Source: Xanthobacteraceae bacterium | Lineage (GTDB): Bacteria > Pseudomonadota > Alphaproteobacteria > Rhizobiales > Xanthobacteraceae | Direction of reading: 5' to 3' | Length of the DNA: 64,000 nt | Assembly (NCBI GenBank): GCA_022844485.1 | Contig: JALHLQ010000003.1 | Location: 41,921-105,920, forward strand | Translations under genes and position numbers: made by a program | Shown here: piece after piece, positions 52,378 through 62,209 of the stretch | Position numbering within the stretch: the first letter of the stretch is position 1 | How the letters are laid out: each line of letters starts with the position of its first letter | Notes under the pieces: model-generated | The model's input: the letters and a program-made list of their open reading frames with translations, nothing else | Database searches by the model: none | What the model was told of the DNA's origin: nothing

Positions 52378-53934
52378 CTACTGCGACTCTTGTTCTTTCT
52401 TCTCGGCGCGTTCCATCGACCACTTCACGCGCTGCGCGATGAATTCGGCGAAGGGACGAATGTCAGCTTTGGTGCTCGCACTCTCCAGCCCCTGCATGTA
52501 GCCGGTGCGGTCTTCAACGCGAATGACCGTCCAGGGATAGCCGCCTGAAGCCAGCATCGCATTCATCAAAAACCGCGCCATGCGACCATTCCCGTCTGGA
52601 TAAGGATGGACGTAGGCGAGTAGCCAATGGCCCAGCACGATGCGGACCGCAGGCTCCCTCTCGGCCTCTAGGAGATCAAAGAGCGTATTCATTGCGTCGG
52701 ACACGGTTTCCCAACGAGGCGGAACATGCCGGGAGCCTTGCAAATAGACAGGATGATTGCGGTAACCCGCGAGGGCCGTGGCCTTGATCAGACCCGCTGC
52801 GACACAAGGCTGAAATAGCTCGCGATACCAACCGCGATGGACTGTACGCACAAGCTTGGCCGCATCGGTCCCGGCGATGATTTTTTCGATGGCTATTCTT
52901 ACTTCTTGAAAGGCTTGCCAATATCCACGCGCGGCTAGCGCATCCCGACTCTGGCGATCAGCATCGTGCGTATCCGGGCTCCAGTCACCCGCGCGTACGC
53001 GCTCGATCAGTTCAGGCGCGACCCGATAGCCTTCAATCGAGAGCGAGTGATAGGCATCGTTCTGATAGATGTCGTCGACGAATTCCAGATAGGGCTTGGG
53101 GTTCGGCTTGCCGGGTGGTTTTGGGAAGACCTCCAGGATCGGTTCACGCATCGCGCTCCACAGCGCCCGAAGGCGGCCAACGATTGGCGCGACGCCGGTC
53201 TGAACCGAACCAAAGGTCTGCTCTTTGGCAAAAGGATCGGACTCGCGCACTTCATGTCCGGCCGCCTTCATGGACTTGAGGATTTCGTCGGCGATTTCAG
53301 GTCGTCCGACGCGGCGGAATGCGCCCGCCAGCCGTCCAGCAACGACGGTGTGGCCGCCTTCGAGCAAGGGCGCGAGAACCTCCGAGGCGTCACGAATACG
53401 AGCCAAAACGATTTGTGTCTCAAGCGGACGACGGATCAGAAAATCCTCGGGCACCTTCACGAGCGCCATCGCTGGCGTTAAGAGACGAAGATTGTCCTTC
53501 ACGACCAGATCAGATTCGCGCGGCATAGCCGGTTGTTTCAGGTCGTAGAGCGACGTGCCGAACAGAAGCTTGATGTTGTTGTTGGTGCCCTTAGGCGCGT
53601 AGATCACGACTTGGCTTGGGATGACTGTGCCTTCGGCGTGGAGAAGAAGCGATTGCTCGGGCGAGAGATGCCAGTCGCGACCGAAGCGATTTTCGCAATA
53701 GCGCGCGCAGAACTCCCAGAATGAGGCAGACCAAGGCGTGGTATCGCCCGAAGTGGAACGGGGGCTGGTCGAGATCAGCCAGCCTTTGATCACCTCGCGC
53801 AAGAAGCCTTGAGCGAGCAGCCTCTCACGATCAGTGCGGCTAAGTTCATCCGACTGAAGGACGCGACGTCCGTCCGCCTGCAATTGCTTGAGCTTGTCCA
53901 GCGAGGTCGCAAGCTTCTCATGGATGCTAGGCAA
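52378..53934 (-). CDS. Fic-family protein (class II, intramolecular inhibitory motif)
   Basis: Fic active site HPYPDGNGRMAR. An upstream SLSIEG matches the (S/T)xxxE(G/N) inhibitory helix. Proposed TTG start at 53934 with GGGAG 8 nt upstream. The annotated ORF extension to 54012 only translates AT-rich repeats. Confidence 0.8.
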   Translation of the reverse strand: MPSIHEKLATSLDKLKQLQADGRRVLQSDELSRTDRERLLAQGFLREVIKGWLISTSPRSTSGDTTPWSASFWEFCARYCENRFGRDWHLSPEQSLLLHAEGTVIPSQVVIYAPKGTNNNIKLLFGTSLYDLKQPAMPRESDLVVKDNLRLLTPAMALVKVPEDFLIRRPLETQIVLARIRDASEVLAPLLEGGHTVVAGRLAGAFRRVGRPEIADEILKSMKAAGHEVRESDPFAKEQTFGSVQTGVAPIVGRLRALWSAMREPILEVFPKPPGKPNPKPYLEFVDDIYQNDAYHSLSIEGYRVAPELIERVRAGDWSPDTHDADRQSRDALAARGYWQAFQEVRIAIEKIIAGTDAAKLVRTVHRGWYRELFQPCVAAGLIKATALAGYRNHPVYLQGSRHVPPRWETVSDAMNTLFDLLEAEREPAVRIVLGHWLLAYVHPYPDGNGRMARFLMNAMLASGGYPWTVIRVEDRTGYMQGLESASTKADIRPFAEFIAQRVKWSMERAEKKEQESQ

Positions 53935-53966
53935 CGGGTGGCTCCCTGTGCGAACACAAGTATATG

Positions 53967-54038
53967 ATGCTGTATTATTACAAGTAAATAATGCTGTATA
54001 ATTACAAGTCAATTATGTTGCATAATTACAAGTATTTG
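53967..54038. repeat. Three AT-rich 24-bp tandem direct repeats (iteron-like)
   Basis: atgctgtattattacaagtaaata / atgctgtataattacaagtcaatt / atgttgcataattacaagtatttg. R1 vs R2 is 21/24 and R2 vs R3 is 18/24. A partial fourth core, acacaagta, lies at about 53955. Confidence 0.9.
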
Positions 54039-54140
54039 ACGCGACATGCAACCGACCGAGATTCGATGCCTCGGCGCGAGTTCGATAGCGAACGCCGCGG
54101 CCGGCCGAGCTCTATCCGAGCTCTAATCCTGGCCTGCCCA

Positions 54141-54380
54141 AAATATCCCTTCCACGACCGCGATATCTTGGTCACCGCCTGCGGCCGCATCTGCATGCAC
54201 AAGAAGAAAATCAACATCTCGACCGTGCTCGCCGGCCAGAAGCTCGGCATCAAGGAAGTCGACGACGGCATTTGGCTCGTCAGCTTCATGCGCTACGATC
54301 TCGGCTACATCGATCTGGAGCAGAGAACCTTGCAGACCATCGACAATCCGTTCGGCACGAGATTGTCACCCATGTCTTAG
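54141..54380 (+). pseudogene. 3' remnant of an IS481-like/rve-integrase transposase gene
   Basis: KYPFHDRDILVTACGRICMHKKKINISTVLAGQKLGIKEVDDGIWLVSFMRYDLGYIDLEQRTLQTIDNPFGTRLSPMS is the conserved C-terminal tail of a transposase family common in Rhizobiales. No DDE core, start codon or inverted repeats are present. The left boundary is approximate. Confidence 0.6.
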
Positions 54381-54426
54381 GTACAATCTGTCACCCATGT
54401 CTCCGGGTCGGACACACGAGCCGCCT

Positions 54427-54502
54427 GGTGCCGCAAGAGGGATTCGAACCCCCGACCCCATCATTACGAATGATGTGCTCTACCAGCTGAGCTATTGCGG
54501 CT
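54427..54502 (-). tRNA. tRNA-Thr (anticodon CGT)
   Basis: The reverse complement folds by hand into a 76-nt cloverleaf: acceptor GCCGCAA/TTGCGGC, anticodon loop TTCGTAA, T-loop TTCGAAT, and an encoded CCA. Confidence 0.9.
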
Positions 54503-54698
54503 TGCCCTTCCTGTAATGGGCAGGGCTCGGTTCCGCAAGGTGGCGCAAGCGGATTGCGAAACCGTTACAGCGATCGATCCCGAACGTGCAGGGCGCCGTC
54601 GGAGTGGATTTGATATTCGCGACGTCAACGGGCGGCAAACTCACAAAGCGAATGGTGGAGTCGGGATCCAACCGGTATCCGCTTGGCCGGACAATGCT

Positions 54699-56327
54699 CT
54701 AGCGAAACACCGAGCGCAGTCGCCGCCAGCCGGCTCGATGCGGAGGCGGCGGATCGAACACAAAATCTACTTCATCATCCGGCCCGGGGTCGTCGGGAGC
54801 ATGAACGAGCGGGATCACCGGCTCCGCGACGGGCTTGAGCGAGGGCGGCCGCGACGGCGCGGCTTCGCTGCTTGGCAGGTTGACCAGGGCGGAGGCCGGC
54901 TCTGGGCCTCGCGCGGCCAAAGGCCCGCTATCGTTGACCGCAGCCTTTGATTCGATCCCGGGCGTTCCGGCTTCAGGCCCCAGCGGCGCGCTGTGCGTGA
55001 GTTCCGCAAGCGGCGTCTTCCACTCGAAGGCATCGAGCCGACCGGTGACCGGCGATGCCGGCATCCAGCGATCGGAGACGTAGCCGTCGGCGGTCCAGGC
55101 TGGATCGCGCGGTGCGCGCAGCGCGCGCGTCATCCATTCCCGCGCGCGCCCCTCGTCGCCATGCTCGCGCTCCTCGAGCTCGGCCATGAGCATGAGCACG
55201 CGCTGGGTCGGTCCGGAGCCGGCCGCCCCTTCGCCGTCCGCCGCCGCGAACGATTTGGGAGCGTAGAGCAGGGTCTCGAGCGTCCGTCGCGCGAGCGCGA
55301 ATTCGCCGGCGTCGATCGCCGCGCGCGAAAGCGCAATCTGGCCTTCGATGTGCCCCGGCCGGAGCGCGGCGAGCTTCTGCATGCGCTGCAGCCGGTCACG
55401 CGCGCTGTCGCCAAACCGGAGATAGGCGTAGGCGTCGGCCAGTTCGGGATGAGGACCGGCCTTCCACGCTTTTTCGATGATCCGGGCCGCGCGGCGTGTT
55501 TCGCCGGCGTCCGACACAAACCGCGACGCAAGGACCGCTGCCGGAACAAGTTCGGGCGCGAGCGTCACCGCTTCAAGCACGAGCGCCTTTGCCGTCTCGC
55601 GATCATGCTCCTCGGCCGCCAGCGCCTGGGCCGTGAGCAGAACCGCGCGCTGGCGGCGGTAGGCTTTCTTGTCGATCAGGCGGTTGGAAAGGTTGGCTTC
55701 GATCACGCGCAGCGCGCCGTCGAAGTCACCGGCCGCGCAGCGATACTCGAGCGTCGCTTTGGCCGCCCAGGACAAAGTTGGCGCGGTCTTGGCGGCTTCC
55801 TCGGCAAACAGGCGCGCGGCTTTGGCGTCGTCATGACGTTGCGCCTCGATGTAGAGGCCGCGCAGCCCCAGGAGTTTTGTGTCGCTGCGCTCGGCCATGG
55901 CGCGGAAAGCCGCTTCCGCGCTGGCGCGATCGCCCGAGAGCTGCGCCGTTTGCGCGCGCAGCAGCAGCGTCAGCGGTTCGGACGATGCGTAGCGCTCGGC
56001 TTCGGCCCGATGCCGCTGGGCCGTTCGCGCATCGCCGGCGCCGATCGCGATGAGCCCGTGCGAAATGGCGCGCAGCCCTTTCTCGCGCCTTCGACGGCGC
56101 GTTGCGTCGGCCACGATCTTGGGCGAGCGCCAAAGCGTCCGGATCAACGCCCAGAACAGCATGGCGAAGGCAAGAAGCGCGGCCATGGCGGCGATGGCCA
56201 CCGCGACCGACGTTTCGATCTGATAACCGAGCCAGGTGACCGACACTTCGCCGGGACGGTCGGCGAGCCAGGCGACCCCCAGCGCGAGGAGTCCGACAAA
56301 CGCAATGAAGAGGACGACGCGGATCAT
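54699..56327 (-). CDS. hemY: HemY-like TPR membrane protein (heme biosynthesis-associated)
   Basis: ATG at 56327. Two N-terminal TM helices (MIRVVLFIAFVGLLALGVAWLADRPGEVSVTWLGYQIETSVAVAI...), then TPR-like helical repeats. Lies downstream of hemC and hemD. Confidence 0.8.
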   Translation of the reverse strand: MIRVVLFIAFVGLLALGVAWLADRPGEVSVTWLGYQIETSVAVAIAAMAALLAFAMLFWALIRTLWRSPKIVADATRRRRREKGLRAISHGLIAIGAGDARTAQRHRAEAERYASSEPLTLLLRAQTAQLSGDRASAEAAFRAMAERSDTKLLGLRGLYIEAQRHDDAKAARLFAEEAAKTAPTLSWAAKATLEYRCAAGDFDGALRVIEANLSNRLIDKKAYRRQRAVLLTAQALAAEEHDRETAKALVLEAVTLAPELVPAAVLASRFVSDAGETRRAARIIEKAWKAGPHPELADAYAYLRFGDSARDRLQRMQKLAALRPGHIEGQIALSRAAIDAGEFALARRTLETLLYAPKSFAAADGEGAAGSGPTQRVLMLMAELEEREHGDEGRAREWMTRALRAPRDPAWTADGYVSDRWMPASPVTGRLDAFEWKTPLAELTHSAPLGPEAGTPGIESKAAVNDSGPLAARGPEPASALVNLPSSEAAPSRPPSLKPVAEPVIPLVHAPDDPGPDDEVDFVFDPPPPHRAGWRRLRSVFR

Positions 56328-56333
56328 GCTGCC

Positions 56334-57782
56334 TTAAGGCCTTTGTCCGAGCACCCTAGCCGCGTCCCCGGACAGCCTTCGCGCATTCGCCAGCGCATCA
56401 ATACGCGCCTGCGCTTCTGTCATCCAAGGCCCGGCCAGGGCCTTCAGATCCGGGGGCAGCTTGGCGAGTTCAGCGAGGGCGCCGGCGAGATCGTCGCGGC
56501 CGGCAAGGTTTTGCGCGCGCATCACGATGCCCGAATCCTCGACAGGACCGGCTTCCCCGGCCGGCCGGATGCGGACGAGACGCTCAGCCCCGATCTGCAA
56601 TCGATCGATAAGCCCGCCCTCTTGCGTTACGGCTTGGCGGCGGGACTCCGCCATGCGTGCAGCGACATCGCGCAAGCTTTGGCGCAGCATGCTGAGACTT
56701 GGAACGCCCTTCTCCGCATAGCCAGCCAGCGGCGCCAGGATGCTCGGATCGGACACAAAGGGCCGTACGGCGGCAAGCTCTGCCGAGAAGAGCTCGCCGC
56801 TCTCGACCGCAGAGCGCAGCATCGCGGCCGCGAGTGCGAAGCGTGCCGCCGGATCTTGAGAGGAACGCTCGGCCTTGGTCGCAATGCGCTGCAATTCGTT
56901 CGCACGCTCCTCCAGCGCGGAAAGGCGATTGGTGACGGCCGTGAGGTCGCTTGACGCTTCGGCGCTGACCGATTCCGCAAGTCTTTGCGTCTCGCGCGCG
57001 CTCGATGCGGTCTGCTCCGTCCGCATGCGCGCGTCGCGCGCCAGCGCTTCGGCTTCGCTCAGACGCCGGTTCACCTCGGCGTAGCGGTCGGTCGCGGCCC
57101 GAGCGGACGCTTCCGCCACCGCGAGGCGTTCGATGAGCGCCGCGTCGGCGGGGCGCGTCGTCGCCAGGGTCTTCTCGGCTTGCGCCAGCGCCTGCTCCGC
57201 GCGGGCGAGCCGGGATTCGATCGCTGCCATTCCGCGCGACGCCTGTTCCGCGGTCTCGAGGCGGCGGAGTGTGTCGGGCGGCAACGAAGCGGCCAACCCG
57301 GACGCCGGCGGCTGCGCGAGTTCGCGCACACGCGCTTCCATCGCTCCGATCCGATCGGCCAAAGCGGCCGTGCTGGCCGGGGGAGCGTGCAACGCTCCCG
57401 ACAGCCACAATCCGCCAATCAGCAGCGAACACAGGACAGCGCCGCCGGCTGCACCCGCCGCGATCGGCCAGGCAACGGAGTCGGGGCTTGGCCAGGCCAG
57501 ATAGCCCACGGCCTCTGCGGCCGGCCGCGTTCCGGACCGATCGTCCCGCGGACCCTCAGGGGGCACACGCGATCCGTGCGGTTCGGATGCTTGAGAAGGC
57601 GAAAGCGGAGGGTCCGGCTGTTCTCCGTATGCCTCCTCCCGAGCCTCCGCGGCGCCCTCGGGTGCCGCGGGAGACGCAGCCGGGATTTCTGTCGCCTGCA
57701 AATCGATGGTCGGCGGCGGCCGCTTGGGGCGTCCCCCTAGCCGCTGACCCGGTTCGCCCGGCTCGCCTTTCCCCGTGGTCAT
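56334..57782 (-). CDS. Mitofilin/Mic60-like coiled-coil membrane protein (COG4223)
   Basis: ATG at 57782 after GGGAGAGG. Pro-rich N-terminus, one TM helix (WPIAAGAAGGAVLCSLLIGGLWL), a long Ala/Arg/Glu coiled coil, and a conserved C-terminal domain. Position between hemD and hemY. Confidence 0.65.
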   Translation of the reverse strand: MTTGKGEPGEPGQRLGGRPKRPPPTIDLQATEIPAASPAAPEGAAEAREEAYGEQPDPPLSPSQASEPHGSRVPPEGPRDDRSGTRPAAEAVGYLAWPSPDSVAWPIAAGAAGGAVLCSLLIGGLWLSGALHAPPASTAALADRIGAMEARVRELAQPPASGLAASLPPDTLRRLETAEQASRGMAAIESRLARAEQALAQAEKTLATTRPADAALIERLAVAEASARAATDRYAEVNRRLSEAEALARDARMRTEQTASSARETQRLAESVSAEASSDLTAVTNRLSALEERANELQRIATKAERSSQDPAARFALAAAMLRSAVESGELFSAELAAVRPFVSDPSILAPLAGYAEKGVPSLSMLRQSLRDVAARMAESRRQAVTQEGGLIDRLQIGAERLVRIRPAGEAGPVEDSGIVMRAQNLAGRDDLAGALAELAKLPPDLKALAGPWMTEAQARIDALANARRLSGDAARVLGQRP

Positions 57783-57928
57783 CTGCCTCTCCCGCCGGAA
57801 CGGACCGGCATGGCTCGTGATCCTTATGCTCCTGCCATTCGCAGAATCGCCTGCCGAAACGGGATGCGAATGCTGGAATCGGACCGCTAGGGCATACTGC
57901 GCGGCCAGCCCTCCGGCAATGTGAGACA

Positions 57929-58645
57929 TCATGCTTTGGGAAGGAGTTCCAACAGGGAGTCTTCCGTCGGCCGGCTTGCAACCTCGATCTTGAGGAAGCC
58001 GGCCGCGCGCAAGGGCGCTGCGACCTGCTCCGACAGGCAGAAATGGGCAGCATGCGCGGCGTTTGTCACGGGTCCCTCCGCATCCAGCATTCTGACGAAC
58101 AAATCGGCGCTGCGCGGCGAGTAATGCAAGACCGCGTCGATCGTCCCCACCGAAAGCGCCTTGAGCGCCTCTCGCGGCAGGGCTTCTGCCGCAGTGGCGC
58201 GATAAACGACGGCCGTCTCGACCGGAAATCCGCGAGCCGTGAGCGCTCCGCCGAGGTCGCCCGTGCGATCCTCACCCGCGAGATAGAGCAGATGGACGAC
58301 GCGGCCGCGGAACATGTCGGCGACCTGCGCGACCAGATCCGCTTGATCGCCCTCTGCCGAGACGACGTTGAGAAACCCCGTCTCCCTTGCTGCGGCGGCG
58401 GTTCGCGCGCCCACTGCGATGAGCGGAATGGACAAGAGATCGCGAAAGCGCGGATGCGCTTCGATGACCCGCGCTGCGTTCGCGCTCGTAAGCAGCACTC
58501 CGTCCCAGGGACCCGGCCCGATGGCTGCATCGGACCTCGCGTCGATGCGAAGAAGCGGCGCGTGCAAAACCTCATGCCCGCGTTCACGCAACGCGGCGAT
58601 GGTGCGCTCGGCATCCGGCAGGGGGCGCGTCAGGAGGATGCGCAT
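57929..58645 (-). CDS. hemD: Uroporphyrinogen-III synthase
   Basis: ATG at 58645. MRILLTRPLPDAERTIAALRERGHEVLHAPLL..., and position immediately downstream of hemC. Confidence 0.8.
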   Translation of the reverse strand: MRILLTRPLPDAERTIAALRERGHEVLHAPLLRIDARSDAAIGPGPWDGVLLTSANAARVIEAHPRFRDLLSIPLIAVGARTAAAARETGFLNVVSAEGDQADLVAQVADMFRGRVVHLLYLAGEDRTGDLGGALTARGFPVETAVVYRATAAEALPREALKALSVGTIDAVLHYSPRSADLFVRMLDAEGPVTNAAHAAHFCLSEQVAAPLRAAGFLKIEVASRPTEDSLLELLPKA

Positions 58646-58648
58646 GGC

Positions 58649-59578
58649 TCAAGCGTGCGAAAAGAAGTCAGGAGCCGCGCGCCGCTTCAACTCGGCGCCG
58701 GCATCCGCTCCGAGCACCGCGGCCTCGGCCAGCGAGCCGACGCGCTCGGTCTCGTGTGCCTCGCTGCCGTCGGGCCGCAGGATGAGACCGCGGAAACGCA
58801 CTTGCCCGTCTGCAACGCGCGCGTGACCGGCAATTGGCGTCCGGCAGGAGCCGTCGAGCACGGCAAGAAAGGCGCGCTCCGCCGCGAGCGCAATGGCCGT
58901 ATCGGGGTCGTTGATCGCGGCCACGCTGCGCAGCATGCGCGCGTCGTCGGCACGGGTCTCGATGCAGATTGCGCCTTGCCCGACGGCGGGAAGGAATTCG
59001 TCGATGTCGAGGAGCGAGGTTGCATGCTTGTCGAGCCCGAGGCGCTTCAACCCGGCCAGCGCCAGCAGCGTCGCGTCGACGGCGCCCTCCTCGAGCTTCT
59101 TCAGACGCGTTTCCACATTGCCGCGAAAATTGATGACCTTCAGGTCAGGCCGCAGCCGCTTGATGATCGCCTGTCGCCGCAGCGACGACGAGCCGACGAT
59201 CGCGGCTTGCGGAAGCTCGCGGATGGTCCTTGCCTTAAGGCTGACGAACGCATCGCGCACGTCCTCGCGGGGCAGGAACGCGGCGAGCGTGAGACCCTCG
59301 GGGAGGATCGTGGGCATGTCCTTCGACGAATGCACGGCGAGATCGATCTCGCAGTCGAGCAAGGCCTGCTCGATTTCTTTCGTGAACAGCCCCTTGCCGC
59401 CCGCTTCAGACAGCGGACGGTCCTGGATCATGTCGCCCGTCGTGCGGATCGTGCGGATGTCGATGGCCGCTTCGTCGAGTTTGTGGGCGGCCGCAAGGCG
59501 CCGCCTCACCTCGTGCGACTGCGCGAGCGCCAGCGGGCTCCCGCGCGAGCCGATCCTCAACACCGCCGATTGCGCCAT
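58649..59578 (-). CDS. hemC: Hydroxymethylbilane synthase (porphobilinogen deaminase)
   Basis: ATG at 59578. [29 protein letters not shown] and the dipyrromethane Cys region [11 protein letters not shown]. Confidence 0.9.
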   Translation of the reverse strand: MAQSAVLRIGSRGSPLALAQSHEVRRRLAAAHKLDEAAIDIRTIRTTGDMIQDRPLSEAGGKGLFTKEIEQALLDCEIDLAVHSSKDMPTILPEGLTLAAFLPREDVRDAFVSLKARTIRELPQAAIVGSSSLRRQAIIKRLRPDLKVINFRGNVETRLKKLEEGAVDATLLALAGLKRLGLDKHATSLLDIDEFLPAVGQGAICIETRADDARMLRSVAAINDPDTAIALAAERAFLAVLDGSCRTPIAGHARVADGQVRFRGLILRPDGSEAHETERVGSLAEAAVLGADAGAELKRRAAPDFFSHA

Positions 59579-59739
59579 CCGACCCTGCAATGCTACGCCG
59601 GGCCAAAGGTTGGCGCGGCGGGCGCGACTATAGGGCTCATGCGCCGCGGGTAAAGCTGTTCATCGCTTTCCCGGCGCGCCGTCATTTTCATGCTGCGGCC
59701 GCCGCCGATCCAACGATGGCGCACAGGCCAGGACAAGGA

Positions 59740-60783
59740 ATGCTCGTTCTCGGCATTGAAACCACCTGCGATGAAACCGCCGCCTCGGTGGTGCGCCGCT
59801 ATGGGGACGGCCGTGGAGAAATCCTCTCCGACATCGTTCGCTCGCAGATCGATGAGCACAAGGATTATGGCGGCGTCGTGCCGGAGATTGCCGCGCGTGC
59901 CCATGTCGAAGTCCTGGACCACGTGATTGCGCGCGCCATGCGGGAGGCGGAAGTGGGTTTTGATCGGCTCGACGGGGTCGCGGCCGCGGCAGGGCCGGGC
60001 CTGATCGGCGGGGTCATTGTCGGATTGACCACCGCCAAGGCGATCGCGCTCGTGATCGAGCGCCCTTTGATCGCTGTGAACCACCTGGAAGCGCATGCGC
60101 TCACGCCCCGCCTCACCGACGGCACCGCATTTCCCTACTGTCTTTTCCTGGCATCCGGCGGGCACACGCAGATCGTCGCCGTGCTCGACGTAGGCAATTA
60201 CGTGCGGCTGGGCACCACCATGGACGACGCCATCGGCGAGGCCTTTGACAAGACGGCGAAGCTCCTGGGCCTGCCCTATCCTGGCGGGCCCGAGGTCGAG
60301 CGGGAGGCCGAGCGCGGCGACTCCGAGCGGTTCATCTTGCCGCGCCCGATGATGGGCCGCGCCGAACCCGATTTCTCGCTCTCGGGATTGAAGACGGCGG
60401 TGCGGATCGAGGCCGAGCGGGCGGCTCCGCTCTCGCAGCAGGATATCGCGGATCTTTGCGCCTCGTTTCAGCAGGCGGTCGTCGAGGTGGTTGCAGACCG
60501 GCTTCGTGCCGGGTTGCGGCTTTTTCGCCAGCGGTTCGGCGGACCGGTCGCGCTGGTCGCGGCCGGGGGCGTGGCCGCCAACCGCTCCATTGGCCGCGCC
60601 TTGCAGCGGGTTGCGAGCGAGTCGGGGACCGCGCTCGTGATTCCGCCTCCGCGTCTTTGCACCGACAACGGCGCGATGATTGCCTGGGCGGGTGCCGAGC
60701 GGCTTGCGCGCGGCATGACCGACATGCTCGACGTCAGTCCGCGCGCGCGCTGGCCCCTGGCAGGCAAAGGAGCGGCGGCGTGA
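59740..60783 (+). CDS. tsaD: tRNA N6-adenosine threonylcarbamoyltransferase
   Basis: [18 protein letters not shown], with AVNHLEAH (metal His pair). Start is ATG 59740 or ATG 59716. Confidence 0.9.
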   Translation: MLVLGIETTCDETAASVVRRYGDGRGEILSDIVRSQIDEHKDYGGVVPEIAARAHVEVLDHVIARAMREAEVGFDRLDGVAAAAGPGLIGGVIVGLTTAKAIALVIERPLIAVNHLEAHALTPRLTDGTAFPYCLFLASGGHTQIVAVLDVGNYVRLGTTMDDAIGEAFDKTAKLLGLPYPGGPEVEREAERGDSERFILPRPMMGRAEPDFSLSGLKTAVRIEAERAAPLSQQDIADLCASFQQAVVEVVADRLRAGLRLFRQRFGGPVALVAAGGVAANRSIGRALQRVASESGTALVIPPPRLCTDNGAMIAWAGAERLARGMTDMLDVSPRARWPLAGKGAAA

Positions 60784-61766
60784 CGCTCGACCACATCGGC
60801 GTGCTCGGCGCCGGAGCATGGGGCACGGCGCTGGCCAATGCGGCGGCCCGCGCCGGCCGGCGCGTGACGCTCTGGGCGCGCGACGCCTCCGCGGTCGAGC
60901 GCATCAACACGGCGCGAGAGAGTCCGCGGCTTCGCGGCGCTGCGATCGAGGCCGGTATTTCGGCGACTGCGGATTTGGCAGAGGCGGCGCACGCCGACGT
61001 CATCCTCTTGGTCGTTCCGGCCCAGGCGTTGCGTTCCGTCGCCGGCACGATCAAGCCGATGCTCGCGCGGGGGACGCCGGTCGTCGCCTGCGCCAAGGGG
61101 ATCGAGCGGACAACCAAGAAATTCATGACCGAAGTCATCGCTGAATGCCTGCCGGACGCCGTAGCTGCGATCCTTTCCGGACCGAGCTTTGCCGACGATG
61201 TCGTGCGCGGCTTGCCGACGGCCGTGACGCTTGCCGCCCATGACGAGACGATGGCTTCAGCGCTCGCGCGCACGCTCGGCTCCACCACGTTCCGACCTTA
61301 TCATTCGACCGACGTGCGCGGCGTGGAAATTGGCGGCGCGGCAAAGAACGTCATCGCGATTGCCGTGGGCATCGCGATGGGGCGAAAGCTTGGCGCGAGC
61401 GCCGGCGCCGCCCTCACCACGCGTGGATTCGCCGAGCTGTCGCGCTTCGGGCGGGGGCTCGGCGCCCGCGTCGAGACGCTCACGGGGCTCTCCGGCCTCG
61501 GCGACCTCGTCCTTACCTGCTCGAGCCTGCAGTCGCGCAACTTCTCGCTCGGCGTCGCGTTGGGCCAAGGCCGCACGCTGTCGGAGGCGCATGCCGGCGG
61601 CAGACTGGCGGAAGGCGCGTTCACCGCGGAGGCTCTGGTCAAGATCGCCATGGCGCACAAGGTGGATATGCCGATCGCGCGCGCAGTCTCCGCCGTGCTC
61701 GAAGGCTCGATCCGCATCGATGACGCCATCGAGTCGCTCCTCATGCGCCCGTTCAAGGCGGAATGA
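60780..61766 (+). CDS. gpsA: NAD(P)H-dependent glycerol-3-phosphate dehydrogenase
   Basis: GTG at 60780 overlaps the tsaD stop (GTGA). [18 protein letters not shown] and [13 protein letters not shown]. Confidence 0.9.
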   Translation: MTLDHIGVLGAGAWGTALANAAARAGRRVTLWARDASAVERINTARESPRLRGAAIEAGISATADLAEAAHADVILLVVPAQALRSVAGTIKPMLARGTPVVACAKGIERTTKKFMTEVIAECLPDAVAAILSGPSFADDVVRGLPTAVTLAAHDETMASALARTLGSTTFRPYHSTDVRGVEIGGAAKNVIAIAVGIAMGRKLGASAGAALTTRGFAELSRFGRGLGARVETLTGLSGLGDLVLTCSSLQSRNFSLGVALGQGRTLSEAHAGGRLAEGAFTAEALVKIAMAHKVDMPIARAVSAVLEGSIRIDDAIESLLMRPFKAE

Positions 61767-62200
61767 CAATGGCGCAGTGGCTGCTCAAGACCGAACCCGA
61801 TACCTTCTCCTGGGACGATCAGGTCGCGCGCGGCGGACGGGGCGAGCCATGGACCGGCGTTCGCAACCACGCCGCCAAGCGCAATCTGCAATCGATGAAG
61901 ATCGGCGAGCGCGCCTTCTTCTATCATTCGGTGCACGGCAAGGAGATCGTCGGCGTGGTCGAGGTGATCCGTGAAGCCTATCCCGATCCAACCGACCCGA
62001 GCGGCAAGTTCGTCTGCCTGGACGTCAAGGCGGTCATGCCCTTCCCCGAGCCCGTCACGCTCGTGGAGATCAAGGCCGAGCCGCGCCTTGCCGACATGGC
62101 ACTTGTCAAATACGCGCGCCTGTCGGTGCAGCCGGTGACGGACGAGGAATGGCGGATCGTGTGCGGGATGGGTGGCGTGGATGCTGCGTCCACGCGATGA
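61763..62200 (+). CDS. EVE (PUA-like, DUF55) domain protein
   Basis: ATG at 61763 overlaps the gpsA stop (ATGA). [14 protein letters not shown] and AFFYHS are EVE-family motifs. Confidence 0.8.
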   Translation: MTMAQWLLKTEPDTFSWDDQVARGGRGEPWTGVRNHAAKRNLQSMKIGERAFFYHSVHGKEIVGVVEVIREAYPDPTDPSGKFVCLDVKAVMPFPEPVTLVEIKAEPRLADMALVKYARLSVQPVTDEEWRIVCGMGGVDAASTR

Positions 62201-62209
62201 GCCAGGCCG

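Noticed and set aside
52234-52380. Search for a direct repeat of the tRNA-Thr 3' end (attL/attR) that would delimit the Fic islet.
   Set aside because: No convincing match to tggtgccgcaagagggattcgaac was seen by eye. The island boundary is therefore left open rather than annotated.
53991-54140. The N-terminal part of the 129-aa ORF (MLYNYKSIMLHNYKYL...), and the Fic ORF extension to 54012 (MTCNYTALFTCNNTASYTC), considered as real coding sequence.
   Set aside because: Both are translations of the AT-rich 24-bp tandem repeats on opposite strands. The repetitive N/Y/T/C peptides have no coding support. The real Fic start is placed at TTG 53934, and the transposase remnant starts further right.
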